Assembly: GCF_963676685.1 (NCBI RefSeq)
Contig: NC_092345.1
Coordinates: 80,786,001-80,850,000, forward strand
Source: Mytilus edulis
Taxonomy: Eukaryota
Length of the DNA: 64,000 nt
Direction: 5' to 3'
Below, piece after piece: positions 28,019 through 40,500 of this stretch (position 1 is its first letter; the number at the start of each line of letters is the position of its first letter). Position numbers and translations under genes: made by a program. The notes beneath the pieces are model-generated. The model was not told where the DNA came from, searched no databases, and worked only from the letters and a program-made list of their open reading frames with translations.

Positions 28019-29019
28019 CGAACAAAAAATTCTCTGAAACTGATATTATCAAGATGCTTGATTTCTTGATTGACAACATATTTGTTACGTTCGGAGGACG
28101 TACAGTTTTTCAACAGACTGTCGGCATTCCAATTTGAACAAACTGTGCCCCTCTACTTGCCGACTTGTTTCTTTATTATTATGAGGCTGACTTCATGCAG
28201 GAACTTCTTAGGAAGAAAGATAAGAAGTTAGCAATATCCTTTAACTCTACTTTTCGCTATATAGATGATGTTCTTTCACTAAATAATTCAAAATTTGGTG
28301 ACTATGTGGAATGCATCTATCCAATCGAGCTAGAGATAAAGGATACTACAGATACAGTTAAGTCGGCCTCATATCTTGACTTACATCTAGAAATTGACAA
28401 TGAGGGTCGGTTGAAAACAAAACTTTACGACAAAAGAGATGATTTCAGCTTTCCAATTGTGAACTTTCCATTTCTAAGTAGCAACATTCCAGCAGCACCT
28501 GCATACGGGGTATATATCTCCCAATTGATACGATATTCCCGTGCTTGTATTTCCTATCATGATTTTTTTGATAGAGGGTTGCTGCTCACAAGGACCAAGA
28601 GTTCCAAATGGTGAAGTTGAAATCATCCCTTCGTAAATTTTACGGACGCAATCACGAGTTGGTTGAACGTTATGGAATAACCGTTTCACAAATGATATCG
28701 GATATGTTCCGTACGTCGTAACTACAATCCCCTTCCCTTTCATGAATGTGACCTACCAAATTAGAATATTTACCGGATTTGTTATCACATAAGCAACACG
28801 ACGGGTGCCGCATGTGGAGCAGGATCTGCTTACCCTTCCGGAGCACCTGAGATCACCCCTAGTTTTTTGGTGGGATTCGTGTTGTTTATTCTTTAGTTTT
28901 CTATGTTGTGTCGTGTGTGCTGTTGTTTGTTTGTCTTTTTCATTTTTAGCCATGGCGATGTCAGTTTGTTTTAGATTTATGAGTTTGACTGTCCCTTTGG
29001 TATCTTTCGTCCCTCTTTT
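28019..29019 (+). mobile_element. 5'-truncated, disrupted Penelope-like retroelement (RT fragment plus 3' end)
   Basis: GIPI*TNCAPLLADLFLYYYE, FRYIDDVL, ASYLDL, KLYDKRDDF; stop and frameshifts; absent from the matching site in copy 1 (~10576). Confidence 0.8.
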
Positions 29020-30698
29020 GAAGATTGTTAACAACACATTAAAACAATTCTAAACAATCGGCAACTTTAATACAAACAAGCTGAAACTTATACTATAATT
29101 GTAACATGATATTAATTTTCTACATAAGGAAATGCCTCTACTAAGTCAGGAATATGACAGTTGTTTTCCATCGATTGATGTTTTTGAGATTTTGATTTAG
29201 CCATTAGATAAAGGATTTTGCTCTTTTACTTTTTAAAATTAGCCAAATCAATACTGTGTGTTTGCCTTTGTACTCAGATATATCGTCATGCACACAATTC
29301 AAGAAACCAAGAGGAAAACAAAATTTGATCTTGGTAAAACATGCTGCATATTATAAAAGTAACTGGGATAAGAAAATGAAGTAAGGTGGACAACTTAAGT
29401 CTTTTTTGTTAAAATATTGGTTGTGAGCAAGGTTTTAAAATTGTTTTCCCAAAGTGGTATTACCTATTATCCTCATAATGCACAACTTATTTCAGCTAGC
29501 TAACTCAAAGGGGCATAAGCTGTCGAATTCATCTTCACCGATTTGATTCAAATTTTCAGGTCTGATTTATAACATAGTAACGTATATTTTATTACAAAAA
29601 AAAAAATAAACCATTACTAATACATAAACTCGATACCAATTATCAGCATTTTTTGTGTAATTTGTCTAGACGTAATTTAAGTATCCATCGAAATGACCTT
29701 CAAAGACTGTTGACGGTCATTTTACATGAATATACATATATAAAAAGCGGCCGCGGGCAATGGGATTTTTCTAGGTCTATTTGGTTTCATATTGTAGGTT
29801 CAAAGGTATATTTATCATCAATCTTAATGTATAAGAATTTGTTTGTCGTGGATAAAATCAGTAAACTAAGTCTTTCATCCTTCTTTCACTTTCAATGTTC
29901 ACATGCATTTCCTTTCAAAGGCTGAATCAATGCATAACCCATCTCTAGCTGAGGGGTTAAATTGAAGGTCACATGAATACGGATTCAATAAATTCGAATA
30001 AATCACTTGCAAGTGAATAATTCATCAGCGATGTTTCTTAGTTTATTTTGAGAAAATTGACCCAAAATGTCTACAAAAAGCGAATGATTAATAAATCATT
30101 TCACGTACTTTTATGATCGAACAAAAAAAAACTTGTTTTATTCATTTTTTTTATGGTCAAAGAAGTATTTGATGTATAATGCTATCTTGTAACAGAATTT
30201 TTTTTAAATTCTAAATTGTATAAGTTTATTTAACAATTTTTTCTTTACAGATTTGCGTACTTCTAATCCAAATGTATGTGTTCCTCACACTGAAATAGAA
30301 AAAATTGCAAAAGACGCTGGGTTAGAATATTATGAGACCAGTGCACTAATACAAGATGGTTTGAAACATTGTTTTGATAGCGCAGTAAGTTGGCATATGT
30401 AATAAGTTTTATATCTTTATTATTTTTTTCTATATATAGGTGACCTTAAATTGATATGTTGATTTTAAAAAGATAATTATCATATTAAAAAATCTTAAAC
30501 TACCTCTTATGGCGAACGAACAAAATATTGTAACAAAATTTGACAAAAACTAATACAACTTAAGTATATTTTTTTTTCTCCACCAGATTCGATGTGGATT
30601 AGCGGGAAGCCGAAAAAAGACAAAATCTAAATCGCCATTTTGAATTTTCAAGAAGAAGAAACCAGATGATCCCATCCCTCCAGTGATGCCTCCAGCTG

Positions 30699-31250
30699 GT
30701 AAGTCAGATAAACTTATATCCCTGTTAATGCTTTCGATAGACAAGCTAAATGATTGTATATTCCAAATGATGCTCGTTAATGCTTTCGATAGACAAGGTA
30801 AATGATCGTTAACCCCATTTATGCTATCGATAGGCAAGCTAAATGATCGTATATCCCCATTTAATGCTATCGATAGGCAGTCTTAATATCGTATATCCCC
30901 ATTAATGCATATGTATAGGTAGTCTAAATGATCGCATATCCCACTGATTCTATAGATAGGCATGCTAAATGACCGTATATCCCAATTAATACTATGGCCA
31001 GGCTAAATGATCGTATATCCCGATAGATGCTATGGATAGAAAGCTTAATGATCGTATATCCCCATTAATGCTGTCGATAGGCAAGCTAAATGATAGTATA
31101 TCCCCAATGATGCTATCGATGGGCAAGCTTAATGATAGTTTTTTTTCCAATGATGTTATCGATCGGCAAGCTAAAGGATTGTATATCCCTATTAATGCTA
31201 TCGATAGGCAAGTCAGATGATCCTATATCCCCATTGATGCTATCGGTATC
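30699..31250. repeat. Same 42-bp minisatellite in the duplicate (~13 units)
   Basis: Same unit, shorter array. Confidence 0.9.
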
Positions 31251-34200
31251 TATAGTTGAGACGTTAAGGGCTTACGATACAGTTTTGATCCCGTATTTAC
31301 ATTTTGATAAAAAAAAATCCATATAGACAATTTTTTACCTGATTAAATCAAATATGTAATAAAAAATATACCTTCATGTGCTACTTTTTGAGTAAAATGA
31401 GGTCGAAATTTGGATTTGTGGCCGCAAACTACTGTTTGAAAAATAATTTTTTGCTGTATATTTATCAGATTTGAAAAAATTGCACTATTGACGTTTTCAT
31501 GAAAATTGGCACACATAATCTTCTCACGTAATCAAATCAAACCAAATGACATTTTAAAAAAGAGGGGTCTTTGAACTCGTTTTCAAGTTAAATGAGTTGG
31601 AGTGATAAAATTCATTCGAAAACTGCATCTTTTCCCGATAAGTCATAGTTTGACGTTGCGAAAATAACAATTTACGTTGGCAACGTCATAACCTCCCCTG
31701 TAACTGTATCGTATGCCCTTAATTGCATCAATACCGTATAAGCAATCAGTCCACACTAATAAATGGCTTTTCTATAACATCATAACAGTTAAGTTATATA
31801 AAATTTATATTCTTTGACTAGACAGGTAAATACTATTCCGATAAAAACTACAAATTGTTTTCTCATATTTTACAATAGTCTAAAATAAGGACAGCATATT
31901 GACAAAACGTAAAAAAAAATGCGTGTCAGACGTAACAGACTATACGCATAATAACTTTAGCAGGGGTGTTTGTGATCTTCAACACAGTGTTTTATCCGCG
32001 AAAATTTGAATGAATGATATGCTTTATATATAAAGTATTGAAATATTACTGAATATGCGTTCCTGTAACTACCAGCGCTATTTTTTTTTGGCAAAAACAA
32101 ATAGTGTACATTATTGTCAGATTTATAAAAATGTTAAATTATCAAAATTTATAGGTTTTAAAACATAAGATTATATGAAATTTCGTTTCTGTAAATTATG
32201 CTCACAAAAGTACATAGATAGACCATATCAAAATCGAATTTTAGCAGCACTCAAACCACATATAAAAATGTATGGCTTCTTGCAAATGTCTTGCAAGATG
32301 TCCAATGTCGGAATTCGCCGCTTTTTATAAATAAACTGTCATTTGCGACGTTATTTATTGAAATTTTAGAATTGTTGCATCCTAAATCGAGTGCTCTTCC
32401 ATAATTGTACTTTAACTCTACAAAACTCTACAAAACAGCTTCATACTTTCTGATACTTTGCGTAGTCAAAACGACTTCGTTTTCAAAGAAATTAAATGTC
32501 TTGCAAGTTTGTCCACTGGACGTTTTTCATACGTTTCATCAACGTTGTCGATTCGGGGACGCTTTGGAAATCCTCTGTTTATATTTCATCAGATAGAATT
32601 TTATTGATAGTCAGATACTATATCAACAATACCACAAAGTATAAAAAAAATTGATGACTGGGGTTGTTCGATTAAATGAAGTTGTAAAAAGGTTGTGTAT
32701 TACGAGAGGATAAACAATCATCTTTTTTCAAATTTTCAAACTTGGGAAGCGTAAAACTGTATTTTTTTTTATTTCTCTGCAATAAGATTCATATGTCTAG
32801 AACTTGAAACTGAAAATGAAATTGGGCCTGAAGCGTGAATGTATACCTTTCCATATCAAACAAAGCTTGTAAATATATGAGATGAATTTCTTAATTATAA
32901 TTGTTACGTTATTAAAGAAAATAACGTGAATTTTATGAGCAAGACCCGTTTAACTTGTTATTCACGACAAACTTTTTTTAATTAAAGCAAAATATATATC
33001 TTCTTTCGGATCTAAATGGGAAAACATTGCATTTTATTACGCTTTATGTAAATGAGTCTTTGGTAGAGAATTGTCTCATTGGCACTCATCATACCGTATA
33101 ATTCACATACATCTTCTTATTTCATATAGACGTATGTATTACCCAAATACGATATATTTTGTTGTTTGTTGCTTACGTTACTTTCAGTGGGAAATATTTC
33201 ATGCATATTCAGTACAGCCAAACATTAAGAAGTATCCATATTGATGTGCAACACAAAAATTTGAAGCGAAATAAAAAAAATATCCCCACTAATCATTTAT
33301 TGCCGTAAAACGTAAAAAATTGACGTTACCGTTTGAGACGCAATATCGTGCGTAACGTCTGCCAGTGTTTTCCACATTCCCTCACCAGAAATGACAGATG
33401 ACCCACTCTTTCCTCCTATATGATGTCATCTCGGTAGGTGAGACTGATTATCCATCATACCCTTCCCAGTCAGATGAAATCACATCCGAATGGAGCCTCC
33501 ATCATACTATTATTACGCTTTTGAAAAGGATAAACTTAAATCAAATTCATTCAAAATATATTTTATTAAGGCACAGATAGATCTTTTTTTTTTTATCAAA
33601 ATAATAGCAAAAATAAAAAAGATTAGTAATTAAACAGAAGAAATATAGTTGAACATAGTTTTGATCAATTTCCATTTTGTTAATTGACTGTGTAATGTGC
33701 TTTTTATTAGATACTTTTCTCCTTTGCTGACTTATGTATTTTGTATTTTTATTTTAAATCATTAATAATAAGTTTGGTCTATATTTAATCTCTTCATTGA
33801 AGGAAAGGCTCCTTGGATAGAAATAGAAACTTCGACATTTGCAGAAGATTGGCAGAAGATGTTAGAGGATCCTAAATTTTCCGATGTTACTTTTTTATTG
33901 GAAGACGGGCAACAAAAACTTCAGGCACATAAATTAGTTTTATGCTCTGCATCCAAATACTTTTGTCAAATCTTGGGATTGCCAAATAGCAAAACTGTAA
34001 GTGTATATAAAGATATTGCTAATAAAATAGAGGATGTCCATTGGGAAAGTGTCGAAGAGGCAACAACCTGACCAAAGAGTAAAAAAATAGTCGAAGGCCA
34101 CCAATGGGTCTTCAACCCAACGAGAAGATCAGTTTCACTCATTTTTTAATGAAATAAATACAGCAATACAGCAATATGTAAAAAGTGATTCCAGCTGAGA

Positions 34201-35629
34201 AATTATCAGATATATAACGATTCTTGGTTCAGATTCAACTAATAATTTTGGGATCTCTTATGTATACTTTATTCTCTGATATATACATTATATCAACTTT
34301 TCTGCATACCTGCAATTTTGATAGAGTGGGGTGCTCATTTTCACCGGGGACACAATTTCGCCGTTTAAGGATTTTGATGTGTAAAAACTTCAAAGGATGG
34401 CTGAAATGGAAGAAATGTACCCGTAGATTATATTTTTATAACAAATATAATATTTTTTTAAACTGAGACAAAATTGCGGCTCCTACCGAAAATGACCGAA
34501 AAACGGACAACGATTTTCGGACAATTTCCTGAATAAAAAACACGATTTCAAAGAAGTATTTCTAAGTAAATATTTGAGCTTAAGTATATTTTGCATTTGC
34601 AGTTATCTTCATATAGAAATATCAGTACACTTCAAAAACATTTAGGCCTGAACATAAACTGTAGAAAACATGGAAAGATGTGGCGAAAATGAGCACCCCA
34701 CTCTACTGTTCATTACTAAATTTTATGCTATATTAGCATTGGATTGACATATTAAAATATGATTATGGGAACAAATCAAAACAGCATTTGCATGCTTCTG
34801 ATTTTCGTTTTTTAGAATCAACTTAGCAATATTGACAATAAACAAATATCACTTGAAGAGTTAAACTCTGGTAGAATAGAAGGCATTGCAGCAGTATATC
34901 TATCCGAAGAAAAGTACAAGGCAACGATAACAACAGTCGAAATAAGCGCAAATATTACTGCTAAAACATTTGCACGGGTGCTAGAATTCATTTACACAGG
35001 TAAATAAAGTACAATTTAACGTATTAAGTTTCCAAATTATAACCATGTTTTGTGCTACCGTATTTTCTTGGGAAATGAGAAACCAGCTAACATTTATGTT
35101 TAAACTTCATAAAGACATAAAGAAACACAACAGTTTGATATTCGATAATACCTGAAGATAGTAATGCAACAATCCAGATTTGGATGGAGAGTCAGTGTCT
35201 CATAGGCACCCTTATACCACATCGTCTAATATTTATGTGTGTGTTATTTACAAATTAAATAAATCTATCTAAACTGGCTCCCGCCAAATCCAACACATTT
35301 AGTAATGCATTTTATTATTGTATGTTCTCGTGGTAAACCTACATTTATACCGGACAGTATAGTACGTGTTTTCCTTTCCTATTGGTTTATTTCATTTCAA
35401 TATAAATAAATTAGGTGTATTTAATTTTTAACTCTTCACATTTAACATAATCCGCTTCGCAGATTATTCAATGTGAAGAGTCAAAAATTAATTTTATGGT
35501 TCAATAAATTCAAAATAAATAACAGCCATTCATTAAAATGATAAATGTTTACGTACAATATAAAGTTAAATAAACTCATCATAGATACCAGGACTAAATT
35601 TTGTATATACGTCAGACGCGCGTTTCGTC

Positions 35630-35842
35630 TGTTGTAAAGGTGCAATAATTCGATATACCTTTCCTAATATAAGATGTCGTCTAGGTAGAATACACTGTTA
35701 GGGCAGGAATCCCAGGGCTGGAGTTCACCACAACTGGGTCGTCTGAGCTCCGGATATATTCTGCGAGGTTGCGCAGTAAATACTAACTGAAGTTCCGGTA
35801 TCTAATCCGGTTATGGCAATAACTTTCCGGACCTTTACTACA
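35630..35842 (-). repeat. 3' LTR (213 bp)
   Basis: TGTTGTAAAGGT...ACCTTTACTACA terminal inverted repeat; adjacent to the PPT. Confidence 0.95.
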
Positions 35843-35851
35843 TTCCTCCCT
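35843..35851 (-). promoter_or_regulatory. Polypurine tract
   Basis: Minus strand AGGGAGGAA immediately before the 3' LTR. Confidence 0.8.
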
Positions 35852-35992
35852 GTTTTATTAAACTGTCAGCCATCAATGCTAACACTAACAACGATATACT
35901 AAAATCCGCCACCGAACAGAAAACAACTTCATAACTGTCAATCAATCAATAATCAGGTTAAAAGCATATATACAAATCCCCTCCTCCTGCAT

Positions 35993-37459
35993 TTAATCTA
36001 TATTATACAATTGTCTGGCGTTCCGAGTTGTCACCCTAGCTATTTCCTCGGAGCGTACGTCGAACATGGATGCGAGCTTCCAGATGATTTCCTTAAGTAG
36101 TTCAGGAGATGCCTCGTGGTGTCCTTGAGGTTTGAGATAAGGTGAGTCGGTCTCCAAAACTAGATCCTCCAACTTCATCTCACAAACGGTTGCTCTATAA
36201 CCTGGGTACTTGTTATCCATGAGTAGGAATGGGGAGATACCAAATTTACAGTTTGGAAACATGGTTTTACATTGCCTGTACTCCTCCGTGTCACCGTTAA
36301 AACAATGCCAATGTATTGGATGGTCCTCCTCTAGGAAATTGGTTAATGAATCCCTGCACATATTCATTATTTTCTTGTCTCCCCTGCAATGAATCACCAC
36401 AGGAAGATGTTGCCTTTTAGCTATTCTCAACTGCTCCTCGAATACATGGACCTGTTTCTTAAGTTCTTTGCTATTTGGTTTATCAGAGGAGTCTAACCCA
36501 CATTCCCCAACTGCAATCATTTTGTTCACACAGATTAGCATCTCTAAATCTGTAATCCACGAATTCAGGACACTCATCTCCTCCCCTTTCACTATCCGTG
36601 GATGTATTCCAGCAGTACTTCTTATTCGTCGATCTCTCCTAATCTCTCCCATTTCGTCTATTGTTGGCCAGCGTCTTGGGAATGCATAGTTTGCTACCAG
36701 ATGTCTTATTTGGTATACTGACTCTCCATCTTTCCATTTATAGATCGGTAAGCCAGAAAATCTGGCTTGTTGTTTCATCTTATCCAAATGGAAATGAGAA
36801 TCAGTAACCATAATAGCCTTTTGAATACTGCATTGATAAAGGGATATTTCCTTTTCAAATGTAATAAGGTTTTCTGCATCTTCAGTTCCTTTAAATAATA
36901 AAGCCAAAATTTTCCAATGTATCAAAGAATATATTGCAGATGGAGGAAATACAGCATGAACGACCTCCACATCAAATCTGTTTTTCTTATTGTAGAAATT
37001 TAGTAAGGGTATATCTGTCCAATGGAATACAGCTGATTGACATTGTTTAAAGACAGCTTCTGTTCGTACAAATTCCACCAGATGATCAAGGGTCTTTTTG
37101 TCATAGCGCTGGCAAAGTTCCAATAGGAGACCATTCATCAATTCTGTCCATACTGACTGGCATTCTTCTTTGAATATATTATCAGCAATATTGCATTTGT
37201 GGAGTTCAAGGCAATGATTTTCTAACATTTTGTTTTGACCAAATTGTTTATGGCAAGTCCAACATGCAGTTAGTGGATTAGTGTACCAGGGCAAATGTTG
37301 GTGAAATACATGCCTTCTTACATTAGTGAAACGTCCTGGACATACCGGACAAAGTCTTGCCTTACTCAGATTCCTGCTACTGCCTTTTATCCTTGCCTCT
37401 TCCTCCAATCTTTCAGGGATTTCACCATCAAATGGACCATAATCAAGCTCATCATCCAT
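35993..37459 (-). CDS. tatD: Retrotransposon ORF3: two C2H2 zinc fingers plus TatD-family DNase (488 aa)
   Basis: CPVC..HVFHQH and CWTC..HCLELH; from about aa 217 the TatD motifs DSHFH, GIHP, AVGECGLD, VIHCR, HCF, LETDSPY and TTRNARQLY; intronless, inside the LTRs. Confidence 0.92.
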   Translation of the reverse strand: MDDELDYGPFDGEIPERLEEEARIKGSSRNLSKARLCPVCPGRFTNVRRHVFHQHLPWYTNPLTACWTCHKQFGQNKMLENHCLELHKCNIADNIFKEECQSVWTELMNGLLLELCQRYDKKTLDHLVEFVRTEAVFKQCQSAVFHWTDIPLLNFYNKKNRFDVEVVHAVFPPSAIYSLIHWKILALLFKGTEDAENLITFEKEISLYQCSIQKAIMVTDSHFHLDKMKQQARFSGLPIYKWKDGESVYQIRHLVANYAFPRRWPTIDEMGEIRRDRRIRSTAGIHPRIVKGEEMSVLNSWITDLEMLICVNKMIAVGECGLDSSDKPNSKELKKQVHVFEEQLRIAKRQHLPVVIHCRGDKKIMNMCRDSLTNFLEEDHPIHWHCFNGDTEEYRQCKTMFPNCKFGISPFLLMDNKYPGYRATVCEMKLEDLVLETDSPYLKPQGHHEASPELLKEIIWKLASMFDVRSEEIARVTTRNARQLYNID

Positions 37460-37526
37460 ACTTAAAATAAATTAACAAACATGTAAATATATACATAGTT
37501 ACCCTATTTACACTATTTCAAAATAT

Positions 37527-40500
37527 CTACTGTACATAATCATGTAAGTAGGATGGCATTTGTCTTTTGCGCCTACCTACTTGTCCCTGTTTGGACCCAT
37601 TATCTAATGTATCTGTATCGCGATTTATATCATCACTGTTCAGAAACAGCGAATTTTGACTCAAGTCATAAGCGAGTGTTGCGTCTAAATCGAAAGGGAT
37701 GTCAATGAGCGAATGAAGATCTTTAAGAATTATCCGTTCATTATTAGAATTGTTTGTCAGAGAATCTGACACCAAGAAGGGATCATTGTTATCTAAATCG
37801 TCAGTCAGAGATTCGGACAAAGGGTTCAAATCATTTTGAGTATTCTGATTCCCACCACTAAATAAAATATCCAGATATAAATCTTCCAGCTCCATATTAG
37901 TGTCTCGCTCCAATTTATTCTCAGCTCTTCCAAGAATATCATTTCTAAGTCTCTGTAACCATAGTGGTATTTCTCTGTCAATGCACAATTTGAGTCTATC
38001 ATGATGCACGACTTCCTCTCTTTTCCTGTCTTTAATCTTAAGCAATGCTGGAGACTTAACTTCAATAACCACATATGGACCTTTCCATGGAGCTTTTAAT
38101 TTTGGGGATATCCCTACTTTCCTGGCTGTATCTAATTTTAGTACAATATCTCCTACACAATATTTCCTAAAGTTGAGATTTAAATCATAATCTTGTTTTT
38201 GACGTTTCTGTGCAGATTTCAAATTATCTCTGGCGATATCATGAGCGTCCTCTAAAGACTTTCTTAAACTTTGAACATACTTACAAATATCTTGATCTGG
38301 AAAACGTTCCTTTATTTGTCCTAAAACTAGATCAATAGGCTGATTTACCTCTCGTCCGAAAACCATGAAATTCGGTGAAAAACCAGTCTGTCGATTCTCT
38401 GTTGCTCTGATAGCGCCTGCTAATTGTTGTAGGTGTATATCCCATCTGTTTTGAGTCTTCTTTAAGAAACAACGGATTAATTGAGTGATTATTCTGTTAT
38501 ATCTCTCTACCTGACCGTTGGAAGCAGGATGATATGCAGATGTTCTTGTCTTGGAAACTTCAAGAAGATCACACAGTTGTCTAATTACCCTTCCATCTAC
38601 ATTTTTGCCTTGATCTGTATGTAGCTCCATGGGACAACCGAATCTAGATATAGTGCTATCCATTAAAGCTTTTGCTACAACTTCAGCGTTTTGGTTTGGC
38701 AAGGGACAACATTCCAACCACTTGGTAAATTGATCTATGATGACCAGAACATACTTATTATTTTGTTTGGTGACTGGCAATGGCCCAAGTATATCCAAAT
38801 GGATACGTTCAAAAGGAACGCCCGAGTGGTACCTACCCAATTCTGCTTTGGCTCTCTTCAAGGGTTTTTTGTATCTATTGCATATCTGACATGTCGAAAC
38901 ATAAAGTTTACAGTCCATCGTCATTCCATACCAGTAAACTGTGTGTCTTAATTTTGCCAAGGTTTTGTCTTGTCCTAAATGTCCTGCTGATCGTAAATCA
39001 TGACAAAGATGAAGCATTTCCTGTCTTAATTTCCTTGGTGTTATAAACAAGAGTCTTGGTGCTACTGCATCATCCCAAAAATAGTAGAGTATACCATTTC
39101 TAAATTCAAGTTGAGATTTTGTTTGCCACAAATGCCTTACAAATGGGCTACACATCTGTAGATCTTGTTTTGAAGGGGAGAAATCAGTAGATAACCAGGC
39201 AATAACAGTACTCAGATCTATGTCATTCTTTTGTGCATCTCTCAATTCAGTTTCAGTATAAGGCTGTAACATCTTCTCTTTTGTGGATGCGACATCTTTA
39301 ATGCTTACAGCACGTACTGTTAGTGGTTTAACAAAGTCTACTTCTTCTTCAAATGTGGACCACTGATTCCGGGCTCTTGTACAGTATTTACAACCTCCAC
39401 ATGGAAGCTTATTAAGCGAAATACTTGGCAAGTACGAATTGCATTCATTAAGTGTATCTGGGATTCGGGAAAGCGCATCTGCGTTTACATGTTTTTTACC
39501 TGGTCTATGTTGAACTAACATGTTGTATTGTGATAGTTCCTCAATCCACCGAGCTAGTTGGCCTTCGATATTCTTGAAATTTAACAGCCAAGTAAGACTA
39601 TTATGATCTGTACGGACAACAAACTGGTTACCTAGCAAATAATGTCTATACTGCCTTGTAAAAGTGACAATAGCCAATAACTCCTTTCGAGTTGTGCAAT
39701 ACTTTTTCTGAGCTGGTGTTAAAACCTTACTTGAAAAACTTATAGTTCTTTCTTTTCCATCTTGTAGTTGGCTAAGTTCAGCACCAATGGTTTTGTCCGA
39801 GGCATCAGTATCGAGTATGAAGGTAGCTTCTGGATCAGGATAGGCTAAAACAGAAGAATTTACTAGTGCTGTTTTTAGTTGTTCAAAAGCATTTTCCTGT
39901 TCTTCAGTCCATACAAACTCTGATTTTTCTCCTGTTAATTTATGCAAAGACACAGCAATTTCAGCATAATTCTTTATGTGTTCCCTGTGGTAGTTTGTAA
40001 ACCCGAGAAAAGATTCAAGCTCTTTCTTTTTCTTTGGTCTTGGCCAACTTTTTACAGTTTGCATATTCTCCGGATTTACCGAAATACCATCTTTGTTTAC
40101 AATTTTTCCCAAAAACTTGACTTCTTTTTGAAATAAGAAGCATTTGGACGGTTTAAGTTTTAAATTGTAGTACTGAAATCTTTTTAAGATGTGTAGAAGC
40201 TTACTCAAATGATCTTCAAAGCTGTGACCTAAAACGATGACATCATCCAAATATGCAAGGCATTCTCTCCATGTCAGACCTTTCAAAACCAACTGAATGA
40301 CTCGGCTGAAAGTTGCTGGTGAGTTACATAATCCAAACGGCAGTCGGACATGCTCAAAAAGTCCATATTTCGTGACAAAAGCTGTTTTATGTCGATCCTT
40401 CTCATCGATCTCTATTTGCCAATACCCTGCAGCCATGTCCAACGTACTCATGTAGGCGCTTCCTCTCAAAGTATCCATACAAGACTCAATCTTTGGCAAA

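Noticed and set aside
35993-37459. ORF3 as env, as a host TATDN gene, or as bacterial contamination
   Set aside because: No signal peptide or transmembrane segment seen; it is enclosed by LTRs and TSD and absent from the paralogous empty site.
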